Positions 9,390-19,732 are shown, numbered from the stretch's first letter. The stretch is 64,000 nucleotides of DNA from an uncultured Gammaproteobacteria bacterium (GCA_964367355.1 CAYIWY010000006.1:15968-79967), one strand, 5' to 3'. The notes: a model not told the origin generated them from the sequence alone. Numbers and translations are program-made.

Positions 9390-9412
9390 GAATTTGTGAT
9401 AAATTAGGCGTG

Positions 9413-11548
9413 ATGGAAATGCGATACGAACCGCCAATTGAAAAGAAACCGCTTGAGGCTTATGGCCGAAACCTGACTGCTCTCGCTAAAGAAGGTAAAC
9501 TCGATCCGGTCATTGGCCGCGATGACGAGATTCGCCGTATAATGCAGGTGTTAAGCCGCCGCACAAAAAATAATCCCGTTTTGATCGGAGAAGCCGGGGT
9601 TGGTAAAACCGCGATTGTTGAAGGTTTAGCCCAAAGAATTGTCGCTGGTGATGTTCCCGACACCCTTAAAAACCGTGAGATCTTTCAACTTGATATCGCC
9701 TCACTTCTCGCCGGAGCTGCGTTCCGCGGCGAATTTGAAGAACGACTAAAAGCTGTTCTCAAAGAAATTACCGAAACCGGAAAATATATTTTGTTTATTG
9801 ATGAACTTCATCTAGTTGTTGGCGCTGGCAAGGCTGAAGGTGCAGTCGATGCGGCTAACATTCTCAAACCAGCTTTGGCTCGTGGCGAACTTCATACTGT
9901 TGGTGCCACAACTCTCAAAGAATACCGCGAATACATTGAAAAAGACCCAGCCTTGGAACGAAGGTTTCAACCAGTTTTAGTTGAAGAACCTTCGATCGAA
10001 GATACAGTCGCCATTTTGCGTGGAATTAAAGAAAAATACGAGGTCCATCATGGGATCAGAATAACTGACAGTGCACTCGTAGCTGCAGCGCAACTCTCCA
10101 GCCGTTATATTTCTGGTCGCTTACTTCCAGACAAAGCCGTTGATTTAGTCGATGAGGCAACCGCCAGCCTAAAAATGGAGGTTGAAAGTATGCCCACTGA
10201 ACTTGACCAAATGAAACGCCGTTTAATCCAACTCGAGATTGAGAAGGAAGCTTTGAAAAAAGAAAAAGATCCGGTTTCAAAAGAACGTTTAACTAAGCTC
10301 GAGGCGGAAATTAAAGAGCTTAAATCAAAGTCGGACGTACTTGAGAAAAACTGGCGCGCTGAAAAAGATGTTATTACTGGCCTGAGAGCCAAGTCAGTTG
10401 AACTTGAAAGAAGTAAAGTCCAGTTGGAACAAGCTGAACGCGAAGCTGAACTAAATAAAGCAGCTGAACTTAAATATGGTAGGATTCCCAACCTCGAAAA
10501 GGAAGTTACAAGTTTAAATAAAAAGCTCAAGGAAGTTTCCAAAGATGGCCAGATCTTGCGTGAGGAAGTCACCCCTGACGATATTGCCAGTGTTGTTTCA
10601 CGCTGGACCGGAATTCCAGTTAACCGACTTTTAGAGTCAGAAGCCGCTAAACTCGCTCATTTGGAGGATGAGATCCACAATCGCATGATTGACCAGGATA
10701 AAGCTATAAGAGCCGTAGCGAACGCTATAAGGCGTCACAGAGCCGGAATTTCCGAGGAAACAAGACCGATTGGCTCATTCATGTTTCTTGGACCGACTGG
10801 TGTTGGTAAAACTGAACTAGCGCGCTCCTTAGCTGAGTTTATGTTCAACGATGAGAAATCAATGGTGCGGATTGATATGAGTGAATACATGGAGGCCCAC
10901 GCGGTGGCGCGGTTGATCGGTGCTCCTCCGGGTTATATCGGTTACGAGGAAGGTGGCCAACTAACTGAGGCTGTAAGACGTAAACCTTATTCGGTCGTAC
11001 TCTTTGATGAAATTGAAAAAGCCCACAGTGATATGTTCAATACTCTACTTCAAGTTCTTGACGACGGCCGGTTGACTGACGGTCGCGGCCGTACGGTCGA
11101 TTTTCGCAACACGATCATAATTATGACCAGTAATTTAGGCAGCGATATTATCCAAAAATACGCTGGAAAAACTCCGGCGATTATGCAAGAAGAGTTGCTT
11201 GGTCTAGTTCGCAAAAGTTTTCGACCGGAATTCCTCAACCGCCTTGACGAGATAGTTGTTTTTGAACCGCTCGGTGAAAAAGAAATTGCCCAGATTACCA
11301 AACTTCAAGTTGCCCGCGTTGTTAAACGCTTGCAAGACCAAGGCATTGACCTACAAGTGAGTAAAGAAGTCGAAGAAAAAATTGCCAAAGAAGGTTTTGA
11401 TCCGGTTTATGGCGCTCGGCCAATCAAACGTGCGATTCAAGATTTGATCCTCGACGAACTATCTTTGGAAATTGTGGAAGGCAAAATTAAAAAAGGTGAC
11501 AAAGTCTCTACCAAACTCCAGTCTGGTAAAATTGTTTTTGAAAAATAA
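9413..11548 (+). CDS. clpB: ClpB disaggregase lacking the N-terminal Clp-repeat domain
   Basis: Two AAA+ modules ([17 protein letters not shown]), coiled-coil M domain, GAPPGYIGY. Begins just before LDPVIGRD. Confidence 0.93.
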   Translation: MEMRYEPPIEKKPLEAYGRNLTALAKEGKLDPVIGRDDEIRRIMQVLSRRTKNNPVLIGEAGVGKTAIVEGLAQRIVAGDVPDTLKNREIFQLDIASLLAGAAFRGEFEERLKAVLKEITETGKYILFIDELHLVVGAGKAEGAVDAANILKPALARGELHTVGATTLKEYREYIEKDPALERRFQPVLVEEPSIEDTVAILRGIKEKYEVHHGIRITDSALVAAAQLSSRYISGRLLPDKAVDLVDEATASLKMEVESMPTELDQMKRRLIQLEIEKEALKKEKDPVSKERLTKLEAEIKELKSKSDVLEKNWRAEKDVITGLRAKSVELERSKVQLEQAEREAELNKAAELKYGRIPNLEKEVTSLNKKLKEVSKDGQILREEVTPDDIASVVSRWTGIPVNRLLESEAAKLAHLEDEIHNRMIDQDKAIRAVANAIRRHRAGISEETRPIGSFMFLGPTGVGKTELARSLAEFMFNDEKSMVRIDMSEYMEAHAVARLIGAPPGYIGYEEGGQLTEAVRRKPYSVVLFDEIEKAHSDMFNTLLQVLDDGRLTDGRGRTVDFRNTIIIMTSNLGSDIIQKYAGKTPAIMQEELLGLVRKSFRPEFLNRLDEIVVFEPLGEKEIAQITKLQVARVVKRLQDQGIDLQVSKEVEEKIAKEGFDPVYGARPIKRAIQDLILDELSLEIVEGKIKKGDKVSTKLQSGKIVFEK

Positions 11549-11655
11549 ACCTCCGAGGGTTGAAAACCCTTCAGTTTCTTCTCTAGGTTTTTTCCTCTCT
11601 TCACTTCCTCAGTGGACTCTAGAGTCCACGGTTTTCGTGAAGTCGGAAATAAAAA

Positions 11656-11680
11656 CCGCTCCTTTAAATAAAAGGAGCGG
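11656..11680 (-). terminator. Intrinsic terminator
   Basis: Hairpin CCGCTCCTTT/AAAGGAGCGG with a T-tract on the minus strand. Confidence 0.65.
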
Positions 11681-11688
11681 GTTAACTG

Positions 11689-11940
11689 CTACAACCAAGA
11701 AGGTTTTTCTCCCCTCTCACCTGTGTTAAAAAAACTCCGGGAAGACTCACCGTACCACCAAGTGCAACTTACGTTAGTACAAGACCAAAAACGAACCTTG
11801 CTGCAACTTGGAGAGCAAAAGCATTCTTCTCCATGTTCTATCCAACCAGGACAGTCCCAATTCATTTCTACCAACGAACCGCACCGGGGACAAACTTCCG
11901 CTTTCTCTGTTTCTGCCGAAACAGCAGCTTGATCTACCAT
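11689..11940 (-). CDS. Small Cys-rich orphan protein
   Basis: SD AAGGAGGAG before MVDQAA. CPRC, CFCSPSC, CTNVSC. Confidence 0.65.
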   Translation of the reverse strand: MVDQAAVSAETEKAEVCPRCGSLVEMNWDCPGWIEHGEECFCSPSCSKVRFWSCTNVSCTWWYGESSRSFFNTGERGEKPSWL

Positions 11941-12064
11941 CACTCTCCTCCTTGAGAAAATTTTGATTCTAACTTGCTTCAAGTTACAAACGCGCATGGT
12001 GTGATCGCAGCGATTATAACATACAAGAAAAAGGCTGAAATTTCTTCCAGCCTTTTTTGACCAA

Positions 12065-12361
12065 CTAATCCTGTCTCTTTCTTTGAAAGTGCTTCTTCAC
12101 TTGCCAAAGAGTAAATATCGCCCCCGATATTACCGCAACCCTGATATACCAAGCTGCTGCCTCATGCGAAATAGCCTGGCGGCTATAGTCGCGAGCGATT
12201 TGCATCAGTTGCTCGGCTCTTCTCGGATCTGGATCGTTTTCCAGAATCCTTTCCGTGTTATGTTCATCCTCCTCCAGTAAAGCTGCTTCTTCTGGATCTA
12301 AAAGAACCTCTGTATCCCTACGAAAACGGTGGTGCAGGAATTCGTCTGGGTGGTGAATCAC
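12065..12361 (-). CDS. Hypothetical protein with C-terminal TM
   Basis: SD AGGAGGAG before GTG. Acidic N-terminus and hydrophobic C-terminal helix. Terminator at about 12029-12058. Confidence 0.65.
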   Translation of the reverse strand: MIHHPDEFLHHRFRRDTEVLLDPEEAALLEEDEHNTERILENDPDPRRAEQLMQIARDYSRQAISHEAAAWYIRVAVISGAIFTLWQVKKHFQRKRQD

Positions 12362-12374
12362 CTACAACTCCTCC

Positions 12375-12701
12375 TTAAGCTACCTTCAACAGAATCAATC
12401 GTCTTGGCTTGGTGCTGAGAAACTTAACCGGCGCACTGCGCAGGTCAACACCACGTTTGCGCAATCGTGCAAACAGACGGTGTAAATCTTTGCCATAACC
12501 AGCCAGTTTTTGATCCCTGACAACCACCCATCTATCCGGGTATTTCAAAGTCCACTCAGCTCGGTGAGAGTCAAGAAAGATACAATCTGCCCGAAAACGA
12601 CTCATACTTTCGTCCATTTCCTTGATCTGCTGTGGTGTCAAGGTCAATGGCTCAATTTTGGCCCTGACTTGATCAGGTCTGTACCTACTAATCTTAGTCA
12701 A
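12375..12701 (-). CDS. DUF5678-like small protein
   Basis: KYPDRWVVVRDQKLAGYGKDL resembles the DUF5678 Y.G.WVA...G.VV..G pattern. Strong SD. Confidence 0.6.
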   Translation of the reverse strand: MTKISRYRPDQVRAKIEPLTLTPQQIKEMDESMSRFRADCIFLDSHRAEWTLKYPDRWVVVRDQKLAGYGKDLHRLFARLRKRGVDLRSAPVKFLSTKPRRLILLKVA

Positions 12702-12760
12702 GAGATCTCCTCCTCGAACTACACAGCTTTGTTATTAATTTTCTTGTACTACTAGGAAAT

Positions 12761-13573
12761 TTAATTGTCAATAGAGGCGGCTTTGACAAGATTCGTCATT
12801 AGCATGGCGACGGTCATCGGACCAACCCCACCGGGAACTGGTGTAATCAATGAAGCTTTTTTGGAAACATTTTCAAAATCAACATCGCCAACCAGTTTTC
12901 CAGTTTCAGGATCGCGATTCATACCAATATCAATTACAACCACGTCTTTTTTAACCATATTGGCAGTAACCAGCTTTGGTTGGCCAACGGCCGAAATTAC
13001 AATATCGCCTTTTTGAACCAAAGAATCGATTGGTTTTGGAGTTTGGGAATGGATTTGGATAATTTCAGCTCCTGCTTCTTCCAACATTGTCTTCAACGGC
13101 GCGCCGACAAGCTTACTTCGGCCTAAAACAATAGCAGTTTTTCCTTTGATTGGAACTTGGTATTCTTCGAGAATTTTCATTACACCACTTGGAGTGGCTG
13201 GTTTAAATAACGAATTTTCCGTTAAACCATCGACATCTTTCGCTGGTGAAATTAATTCAATCAATTTATCGCTCTGCAAATGCACTGGAAGAGGCAACTG
13301 AACAATTATTCCGCTCACTTGTTTGTTTGCATTTAAATTCTCAATTTTAGTCTCAACCTCTTTTTGGGCAGTATTTTCAGGGAAATTGATTAATTCAACT
13401 TTAGCGCCGATTGTTTCAGCCGCCAAAAGTTTTTGCCTAATATAGCGCTCCGACGCCTCGTTATCCCCAACCTGAATAATCGCCAAACAAGGTTTTAGGT
13501 TCTCCTTTTCAATTTTAGCTTTAAGTTCGAAAAGAATCTTATCCCTTAAAGCTTTACCGTCAACTAGCTTCAT
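12761..13573 (-). CDS. folD: Bifunctional methylenetetrahydrofolate dehydrogenase/cyclohydrolase
   Basis: VQLPLP, KDVDG, GRSKLVG, GDVDF, TPVPGGVGPMTVAMLM. Confidence 0.96.
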   Translation of the reverse strand: MKLVDGKALRDKILFELKAKIEKENLKPCLAIIQVGDNEASERYIRQKLLAAETIGAKVELINFPENTAQKEVETKIENLNANKQVSGIIVQLPLPVHLQSDKLIELISPAKDVDGLTENSLFKPATPSGVMKILEEYQVPIKGKTAIVLGRSKLVGAPLKTMLEEAGAEIIQIHSQTPKPIDSLVQKGDIVISAVGQPKLVTANMVKKDVVVIDIGMNRDPETGKLVGDVDFENVSKKASLITPVPGGVGPMTVAMLMTNLVKAASIDN

Positions 13574-14000
13574 TTGATTTAACCCTTTTATAACTATTCA
13601 TTAAGTCTTCAATCATTTCTGTATTTCGCCGAAAAAGTAGAGGACCAAAAACCTTCTCAAGCAGCTTATTTCCAAAATTAAACGTAAGTTCAATCTTAAC
13701 TCTAGTTTGGGGTCGTAGATCCTCAAAGGTTATTTTTTGTTCAATTATAATAAATGGAACTTCTATTAAATAAAGCAGTTCTTTCTGCAGTGAAATTTTT
13801 ACAATTTTATGCCTGATTTTTAGTGGTAAATAAAGTATTGTTGTCCAATCGTACCAATAATTACCCTCTTCAAACGATCCTTCGGGAATTGCCCGATTGC
13901 AAAATTTAATATAATCCGGATAATTTTCAACCTCGGTAAATAATTTCCAGGTTCTTTCCAGTTGAAAATCTACTATCGATTCAAATTCGAGTCTTCTCAT
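13560..14000 (-). CDS. SRPBCC/START-fold protein
   Basis: WKLFTEVENYPDY pattern and C-terminal helix, 146 aa. Confidence 0.7.
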   Translation of the reverse strand: MRRLEFESIVDFQLERTWKLFTEVENYPDYIKFCNRAIPEGSFEEGNYWYDWTTILYLPLKIRHKIVKISLQKELLYLIEVPFIIIEQKITFEDLRPQTRVKIELTFNFGNKLLEKVFGPLLFRRNTEMIEDLMNSYKRVKSNEAS

Positions 14001-15246
14001 TTAATTCGTTTAGCCTTCTATTTAGTTCCTTGATGTACCTAAATAAACCAATAAACTTTTTGACTCCGTTCTGAACCCGGCTTGTAATTCTTGGTTCTTT
14101 TTTCCTAATCATGATTGCTTCTTGATAAACATTTTCAAGTTTTCTGATTAAATCCTCCTGCTTAAAAATCTCTCTTACCAACTTAGCTGAATTTTTTCCA
14201 AATACTTCTCTTTTTTTCGTATCTAGAATTAGATTCAAAACCTTACTAGCAAATAATTTTGGTTTTTCCGAAACCGCGTAACCATTGAAATCATCTTTTA
14301 TCACCCCATTAAAAGCTTCATCTTGCACTAAAACCAGTGGTAAGCCGCAAGAAGCAGCTTCAGGAACTACCATGCCTTGGGTTTCTGTTGTCGAGGCAAA
14401 CACAAAGATATCAGCATCCGAGTAAGCCTTCGGCATAAATTTTGTATCGATATAGCCGGGAAAATAAACTCGTGATTCCAAACCTAAATTTTTTACCAAG
14501 TACTTTAGTTTCTCTTCCTCTTGTCCTTCCCCAGCTATTACAAGTACAGAACTTAAGTCTTTTTTGGAAACTTCGTAGAAACTTTTAACCAGAAAGTCGA
14601 TGTTTTTTTCTTCCCCTAAACGGGAGGCTGTGAGCAAAATAATGTTTGCCTCACCAATACCTAATAGTTTCCGCAAATAACCTTTCTTTGTTTTAACAAA
14701 ACGTTCAAGATTTACTGGATTCGGTACTACAACTACTTTTTTACTGACTCCATACTTTACCAGTATTTTTTTCATCTTAATGCTCGGAACAATTACAATA
14801 TCGCTAATGTTGCAGATAAACCGGCTGCCGTTTTTGGCTATCGGAGAAGTAATCATCTTGCTTTTAATAAAGAAGTAATGGGTATATTTCTCCAGATAAG
14901 TGTGATAAGTCAAAACGAACGGATACCCTTTTGTCAGGGCGATCTGGTAACCAACCAAACTCAAAAACCCCCCACCGTGTCCGTGGATAACGTCAAATTT
15001 CATGTTTAAAATTTTTCTAAATTGCGGGGTGGGAATTGGTAATTTTTGTTCGGGTTCAGAATTGATTATTCTGATCGAACTTAGACGGATGATGTTTTTT
15101 TCGCTGTCTTTGTAACCGGCTATCTTTGGAGCAAACACATAAACCTCGTGACCTTTTTTTTCAAGCTCCTTTTTGGCAAAAACTAAGCTAATTGAGACTC
15201 CGTTTAAATGTGGAAGGTATGTTTCTGTGAAAAAAGCAATTTTCAT
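13981..15246 (-). CDS. GT4 glycosyltransferase (diacylglycerol glucosyltransferase-like)
   Basis: MKIAFFTETYLPHLNGV, TYHT, RLGEEKN, ETQGMVVPEA. Confidence 0.9.
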   Translation of the reverse strand: MKIAFFTETYLPHLNGVSISLVFAKKELEKKGHEVYVFAPKIAGYKDSEKNIIRLSSIRIINSEPEQKLPIPTPQFRKILNMKFDVIHGHGGGFLSLVGYQIALTKGYPFVLTYHTYLEKYTHYFFIKSKMITSPIAKNGSRFICNISDIVIVPSIKMKKILVKYGVSKKVVVVPNPVNLERFVKTKKGYLRKLLGIGEANIILLTASRLGEEKNIDFLVKSFYEVSKKDLSSVLVIAGEGQEEEKLKYLVKNLGLESRVYFPGYIDTKFMPKAYSDADIFVFASTTETQGMVVPEAASCGLPLVLVQDEAFNGVIKDDFNGYAVSEKPKLFASKVLNLILDTKKREVFGKNSAKLVREIFKQEDLIRKLENVYQEAIMIRKKEPRITSRVQNGVKKFIGLFRYIKELNRRLNELNEKTRI

Positions 15247-15959
15247 CTATAAACCTCAAGATCAACTTTTGGAGGCCTTCGAAACCAAACAGTATTAAAA
15301 TAACCGACCCCGTATTTCCAAAAGGCCTTAATTCTACCCTTCTCCCAGCGTCTGGTCGATGTGAGTACCCAAATATCTTTTCTCAAAATAACCTTTCCGT
15401 ACTTTTTTAACCTAAGGCCAAGATCAACATCAGGACTCATTTCAAACCGAATATCTAACCCACCGATCTGTTTAAAAAAACTCTTTCGAAAGGCAAGGTT
15501 TGGACCGGTTAAATGGGGCTTCCCAATGGAAAAATTGAAAGAAAGAAATAAATTATACAGAAAAGCAAGAAATTTTGTCCGAAACTTTGAGCTTGTTTCC
15601 GGTCTTATCTCACCAGTCAACGCGGCTAATTTCTCGTCTTCAAAAGCTTGTGCGATTTTTTTAACCCAGTCATCTGAAACTTTCGTGTCGGCATCAGTTA
15701 CAGCAATAACTTCATTTGTCGCTGAAAAAACCCCTTTATTTAAAGTAAAAACATAACCTTGTTTTTCTTCACGAACAACTTTTGCCCCAACTTTTAAAGC
15801 AATACTGGCGGTATTATCAGTTGAGTTATTATCAACAACAACGATCTCATAGTTTTCTTTTGGATAGTTTTGATTCTGAAGAGCTTTGAGGGTCGGCTCG
15901 ATATAAGCTTCTTCATTAAATGCTGGTATTACGACTGAAACATGAATATTTTTTCCCAT
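15243..15959 (-). CDS. GT2 glycosyltransferase
   Basis: VSVVIPAFNEE, VVDNNSTD, DAD, TSTRR. Confidence 0.92.
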   Translation of the reverse strand: MGKNIHVSVVIPAFNEEAYIEPTLKALQNQNYPKENYEIVVVDNNSTDNTASIALKVGAKVVREEKQGYVFTLNKGVFSATNEVIAVTDADTKVSDDWVKKIAQAFEDEKLAALTGEIRPETSSKFRTKFLAFLYNLFLSFNFSIGKPHLTGPNLAFRKSFFKQIGGLDIRFEMSPDVDLGLRLKKYGKVILRKDIWVLTSTRRWEKGRIKAFWKYGVGYFNTVWFRRPPKVDLEVYR

Positions 15960-15960
15960 A

Positions 15961-17307
15961 CTAGAGACTCCAAGTCTTTTCTTTTACTCCGTTTAAAATA
16001 AGATCTACCACCTCCACTCCTTGCATTGTCGTGTGGTCTGTATTACTAATTTCGTATTTCCAAGCTCCAAAACGTCCCCGGGAATAGACCCTCCTTTTTA
16101 ATAATTCGCTCTGGACTTTATTAAGAATACCATCCCGCTCTAAAGAAGGAGTTGGGTAACCGTAAGGAACATCGAGTGACCAGGTGCTGACAATCTTTTC
16201 TCGCGATTCGATTAGTTTTGTGTTCAACATCCCTTTGATTGTTTCTTCAATTATAGTCTCTTTTTCGATTTTTTTGCTTGTTGAATAAGAAATTTCCGCC
16301 ATCAAAGACCAGTGTCCTTTCGGAACATTATTTGGTGAATAATTTGAAAAAACTGTTACCCGATAAAACGGGCAGTTACTTTCTGGAAAATACATCCAGC
16401 ATTTTGTTTTGAGTTTTTTTGGAACAGAGCCTTTCAAACCAATGCCGACGATCACATCTCCGGAGTGCTTCAGGTTTTTAACCGCAGTATGCATTGGCTT
16501 TGGCAAATCCGATTTCCAAATAAATTGGTCAAGTGGCATTGAACTAATTAAATGGTCGTAACTGTCTTTGGAACCGTCAATAAAAGTTATTTCTTTCTTG
16601 GTCGTATCGATTTTTTCAACCTTTTCATTTAAGCTCAAATTTCCCTTTATCCTCTCGCCGACTCTCAGGGCAATATCACCAATCCCGTTATTAAGTGGGA
16701 ATTTGAACTTATTGTTCGGTCCCCAACCAAACTCATCTTTTTCTAAAATAATATTTTCCAGAACTTTGCTGATATTTACCAGACTGACTCTTTCTCCAAC
16801 CCAGTTTGTACTCATTGTTTCCAAGGGAAACGCCCAGACTTTCTTGTTGTAAGGCACCATGAAATACTTCATTATTCCTTTCCCAAGTATCGACTGGTTT
16901 AGCTGTAGAAAATTCTTTGGTTTTTTCTTAGGATCGTAGTTTTGTGTGGCTTCAACCAATCCTTCAACACATTCCAAAATAACTTTTTTTGGTAAATAAC
17001 GGATATTATTTTGAAACGGATAGGGAACAAACCGATCTTGCAGCCAAACCCAAGCCTCCCGAACCAGTTCGGTGTATTGACCTTCAAGAACTTTTTCCAA
17101 ATAATCGTCGAAATATTTGTAATGGGAAAAAAGAACGTGACCACCAACGTCCCAAGTAAAACCATCTTTTTTAAAACTGGCAGCCAAGCCTCCTGGAAAA
17201 GCTTCTTTTTCGTAAAGGTGCCAATTATCATATCCAAGCTCATTTAAACGATAAGCCGCTCCTAAACCTGTAGGACCGGCACCAATTATCAAAATTCTTT
17301 TGCTCAT
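15961..17307 (-). CDS. FAD-dependent oxidoreductase resembling eukaryote-type UDP-galactopyranose mutase
   Basis: GAGPTGLG, DVGGHVLFSHYKYFD, VPYPFQNNI, WGPN, YSRGRFGAWKYEISNTDH. Confidence 0.8.
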   Translation of the reverse strand: MSKRILIIGAGPTGLGAAYRLNELGYDNWHLYEKEAFPGGLAASFKKDGFTWDVGGHVLFSHYKYFDDYLEKVLEGQYTELVREAWVWLQDRFVPYPFQNNIRYLPKKVILECVEGLVEATQNYDPKKKPKNFLQLNQSILGKGIMKYFMVPYNKKVWAFPLETMSTNWVGERVSLVNISKVLENIILEKDEFGWGPNNKFKFPLNNGIGDIALRVGERIKGNLSLNEKVEKIDTTKKEITFIDGSKDSYDHLISSMPLDQFIWKSDLPKPMHTAVKNLKHSGDVIVGIGLKGSVPKKLKTKCWMYFPESNCPFYRVTVFSNYSPNNVPKGHWSLMAEISYSTSKKIEKETIIEETIKGMLNTKLIESREKIVSTWSLDVPYGYPTPSLERDGILNKVQSELLKRRVYSRGRFGAWKYEISNTDHTTMQGVEVVDLILNGVKEKTWSL

Positions 17308-17309
17308 TT

Positions 17310-17906
17310 TTAATTAAGTTTTACTTCCGCAACAATCGACTCCCCCAGTTCATAGGTTTTGGTTTGCCCAAAGTTACTCAAGAGTTTTTTCAACTCTGTT
17401 TCGGAAAAAGTCCACTGCGCCATTGTTTCAAAATCGTTTATACCATCATAATCGCCAAGAAGCTTGAAGAAGTAGCGGTTGTAGCCGACAAAACTGGAAA
17501 TTTTGCCTTTTTTGTGTTTAGGTTCGCAGATAATAATAGTTTTTGAGACCTTTTTTGCTTTGGCTAGAAGTTTTTTATGGTTTGGCAGAATATGATGCAA
17601 GACGTCTGAGATGACGACTGTATCGACTTGAGGAAAATCAACTTCAAATAAGTTTCCGTGGGTCACTTCCAAACCTTTTTTTTGACAATGTTCAGCGAAT
17701 CTTTTATTAGCTTCAATTCCGAAATAACTACAGCTATCATCGAGGTATTTAGTCAAAACACCACTTCCACAACCAAGGTCGAGAACCTTTTTTCTTTTTC
17801 CTATTAAATCGGCCATTAAATTGTAGCGTTTTGAAAAGTTATTCCGATGAACGAGGGACAAAACTTTTTCGTAAACGACTGGGTTTTTATAAAGAAGACT
17901 ACTCAT
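17310..17906 (-). CDS. Class I SAM-dependent methyltransferase
   Basis: VLDLGCGSG and DVLHH motifs. Confidence 0.9.
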   Translation of the reverse strand: MSSLLYKNPVVYEKVLSLVHRNNFSKRYNLMADLIGKRKKVLDLGCGSGVLTKYLDDSCSYFGIEANKRFAEHCQKKGLEVTHGNLFEVDFPQVDTVVISDVLHHILPNHKKLLAKAKKVSKTIIICEPKHKKGKISSFVGYNRYFFKLLGDYDGINDFETMAQWTFSETELKKLLSNFGQTKTYELGESIVAEVKLN

Positions 17907-17991
17907 AAATTCGTATTACATCTTGCTCCTGCAATTCTTGCGAGTTACTTTTTTATCTGACACTTTGGCCTGCCCGCCATTAACCGGTTTG

Positions 17992-18810
17992 TTAAAGCCG
18001 TTGGCAGCTCGGGCAAAAGTGTGTTCCCCGTCCACCTACCCTTATCTTTTTTACTATAGTACCACAACGTAAACAAGGGTTACCTTCTTGGCGAAAAACG
18101 TTGAGGTTTTTGGCATGATTACCCTCTTTCCCATAAATATCGAGATAATCGTCGATACTGGTGCCTCGATCGGTGATTCCTTGGTCAAGAGCTTTGATAA
18201 TTCCTTGGTAAAGATCTTCTACTCGCTTAGCGTCAACTCTATTGCCGGCAGTTTCCGGATGAATCTTTGCGTACCAAAGTGCTTCATCTGCGTAGATATT
18301 GCCGACTCCAGCAATCTTTTTCTGGTCCATAATTAAGGTCTTTGTTGCTCGAGACGATTTCTCCAAAACTTTTTTAACAACGTCCAGTGTATAGTCTTTG
18401 GTAAACGGCTCTGGTCCAAATTCATCAGTAATTTTTTTCAAATCAGTTGAATTTTCAATTAACTTAACGTAACCAAACTTTCTTACCTCGCTAAAACGCA
18501 GTTCCCGTCCGTCCTCAAATTTGAAAGTTACGTGGGTAAAACGATCTTCTGGATCTGTTTGTTTGCGGATAAACAGTCGGCCGGAAAGTTTGAGGTGAAT
18601 TCCGATTGTACCGTCATTCTCAATTCCGAGTAACAACAATTTTCCAATCCGACCTGCCGAAACAAAATGGCGGCCAATTATTTTTTCAACTGCCTCTGCG
18701 TTAGGTTGCAACATTTTTGGAACGTCGTACCAAAGGTCAACAATTTTGTGACCAACAATTTCTTTTTCTAAATCCCTTCGAATTGTCTCAACCTCAGGAA
18801 GTTCTGGCAT
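17992..18810 (-). CDS. mutM: Formamidopyrimidine-DNA glycosylase, copy 1
   Basis: PELPEV N-terminus, VRKFG, H2TH GVGNIYADE, C4 zinc finger. Confidence 0.95.
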   Translation of the reverse strand: MPELPEVETIRRDLEKEIVGHKIVDLWYDVPKMLQPNAEAVEKIIGRHFVSAGRIGKLLLLGIENDGTIGIHLKLSGRLFIRKQTDPEDRFTHVTFKFEDGRELRFSEVRKFGYVKLIENSTDLKKITDEFGPEPFTKDYTLDVVKKVLEKSSRATKTLIMDQKKIAGVGNIYADEALWYAKIHPETAGNRVDAKRVEDLYQGIIKALDQGITDRGTSIDDYLDIYGKEGNHAKNLNVFRQEGNPCLRCGTIVKKIRVGGRGTHFCPSCQRL

Positions 18811-18836
18811 GATTCCAGTATTTTAGCAGAAATAAG

Positions 18837-19670
18837 TTAAAAAAGTGATAACTGCGCTTCTCTCTGGCAGCTTTTGCAGTAATGGGTTCGTCTGCCGCCA
18901 ATTTCCGTATATTCGATCGCAGTTTTACAAGTCGGACACGGCTTGCCGGTTTTTCCATAAACTTGCAAGTAATTTTGGTTGGTTCCAGGGTTCCCGAGTA
19001 AATCTCTATACGAATCAATCGTGGTACCTCGATGTTTAATACTTGAGGTTAAAACTTCTTTTATTGAATCTAATAAATTTTGAGCTTCCTCTTCAGTAAC
19101 CAATTTTGGTGCTCGGAAAGGGTTTATTTTCGCCAGAAACAAAGCTTCATCAGCATAAATATTCCCCACTCCAGCAATAGTTTTTTGGTTAACAATGGTT
19201 TCTTTAATCGTTTTCTTGTCGCTTCGATTTATTGATAAATTGAAACGTTCAGCTTTGATTTCAAACGGCTCTGGTCCTAGGTTCTTTTCAACTTCTTTGG
19301 AATCGTGAACAATAAAAGCCTCGGCTGCGCCGTTGCGGTCACAAAAACGAACTTGCCTTCCATCATCAAGATTTAAAACAAATCTTGTAAACTCGTCAGC
19401 TCGAGCGTCTTTACCTCGCAGCAGAAGTTGGCCGGTTAGTTTCAGATGGATAATTAAACTGTTGCCGTTAGAAAGTTCAATAATTAAGTATTTTGCCCGA
19501 CGAACCGCCCGCTCGATCTTTTTTCCAGTCAACATTTGGTCAAGGTCTTGACGAGATTTAATCCGCAGATTTTCACCTAAAGAAGTAATTTTGGCCTCAT
19601 CTATTCGTCTGCCAACTAAACGCTGGTTGATATCGTTGACAATTGTGGTGACTTCAGGAAGTTCTGGCAT
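18837..19670 (-). CDS. mutM: Fpg/Nei-family DNA glycosylase, copy 2 (divergent)
   Basis: PELPEV, RRAKY, GVGNIYADE, C4 zinc finger. The RxFG loop is replaced by DRNGAA. Confidence 0.9.
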   Translation of the reverse strand: MPELPEVTTIVNDINQRLVGRRIDEAKITSLGENLRIKSRQDLDQMLTGKKIERAVRRAKYLIIELSNGNSLIIHLKLTGQLLLRGKDARADEFTRFVLNLDDGRQVRFCDRNGAAEAFIVHDSKEVEKNLGPEPFEIKAERFNLSINRSDKKTIKETIVNQKTIAGVGNIYADEALFLAKINPFRAPKLVTEEEAQNLLDSIKEVLTSSIKHRGTTIDSYRDLLGNPGTNQNYLQVYGKTGKPCPTCKTAIEYTEIGGRRTHYCKSCQREAQLSLF

Positions 19671-19732
19671 AACGGGAATATTTTAACAGAAGAAAAAGTT
19701 TGAGGCGAAAACACAGATTGTGGTTTCGCCTC

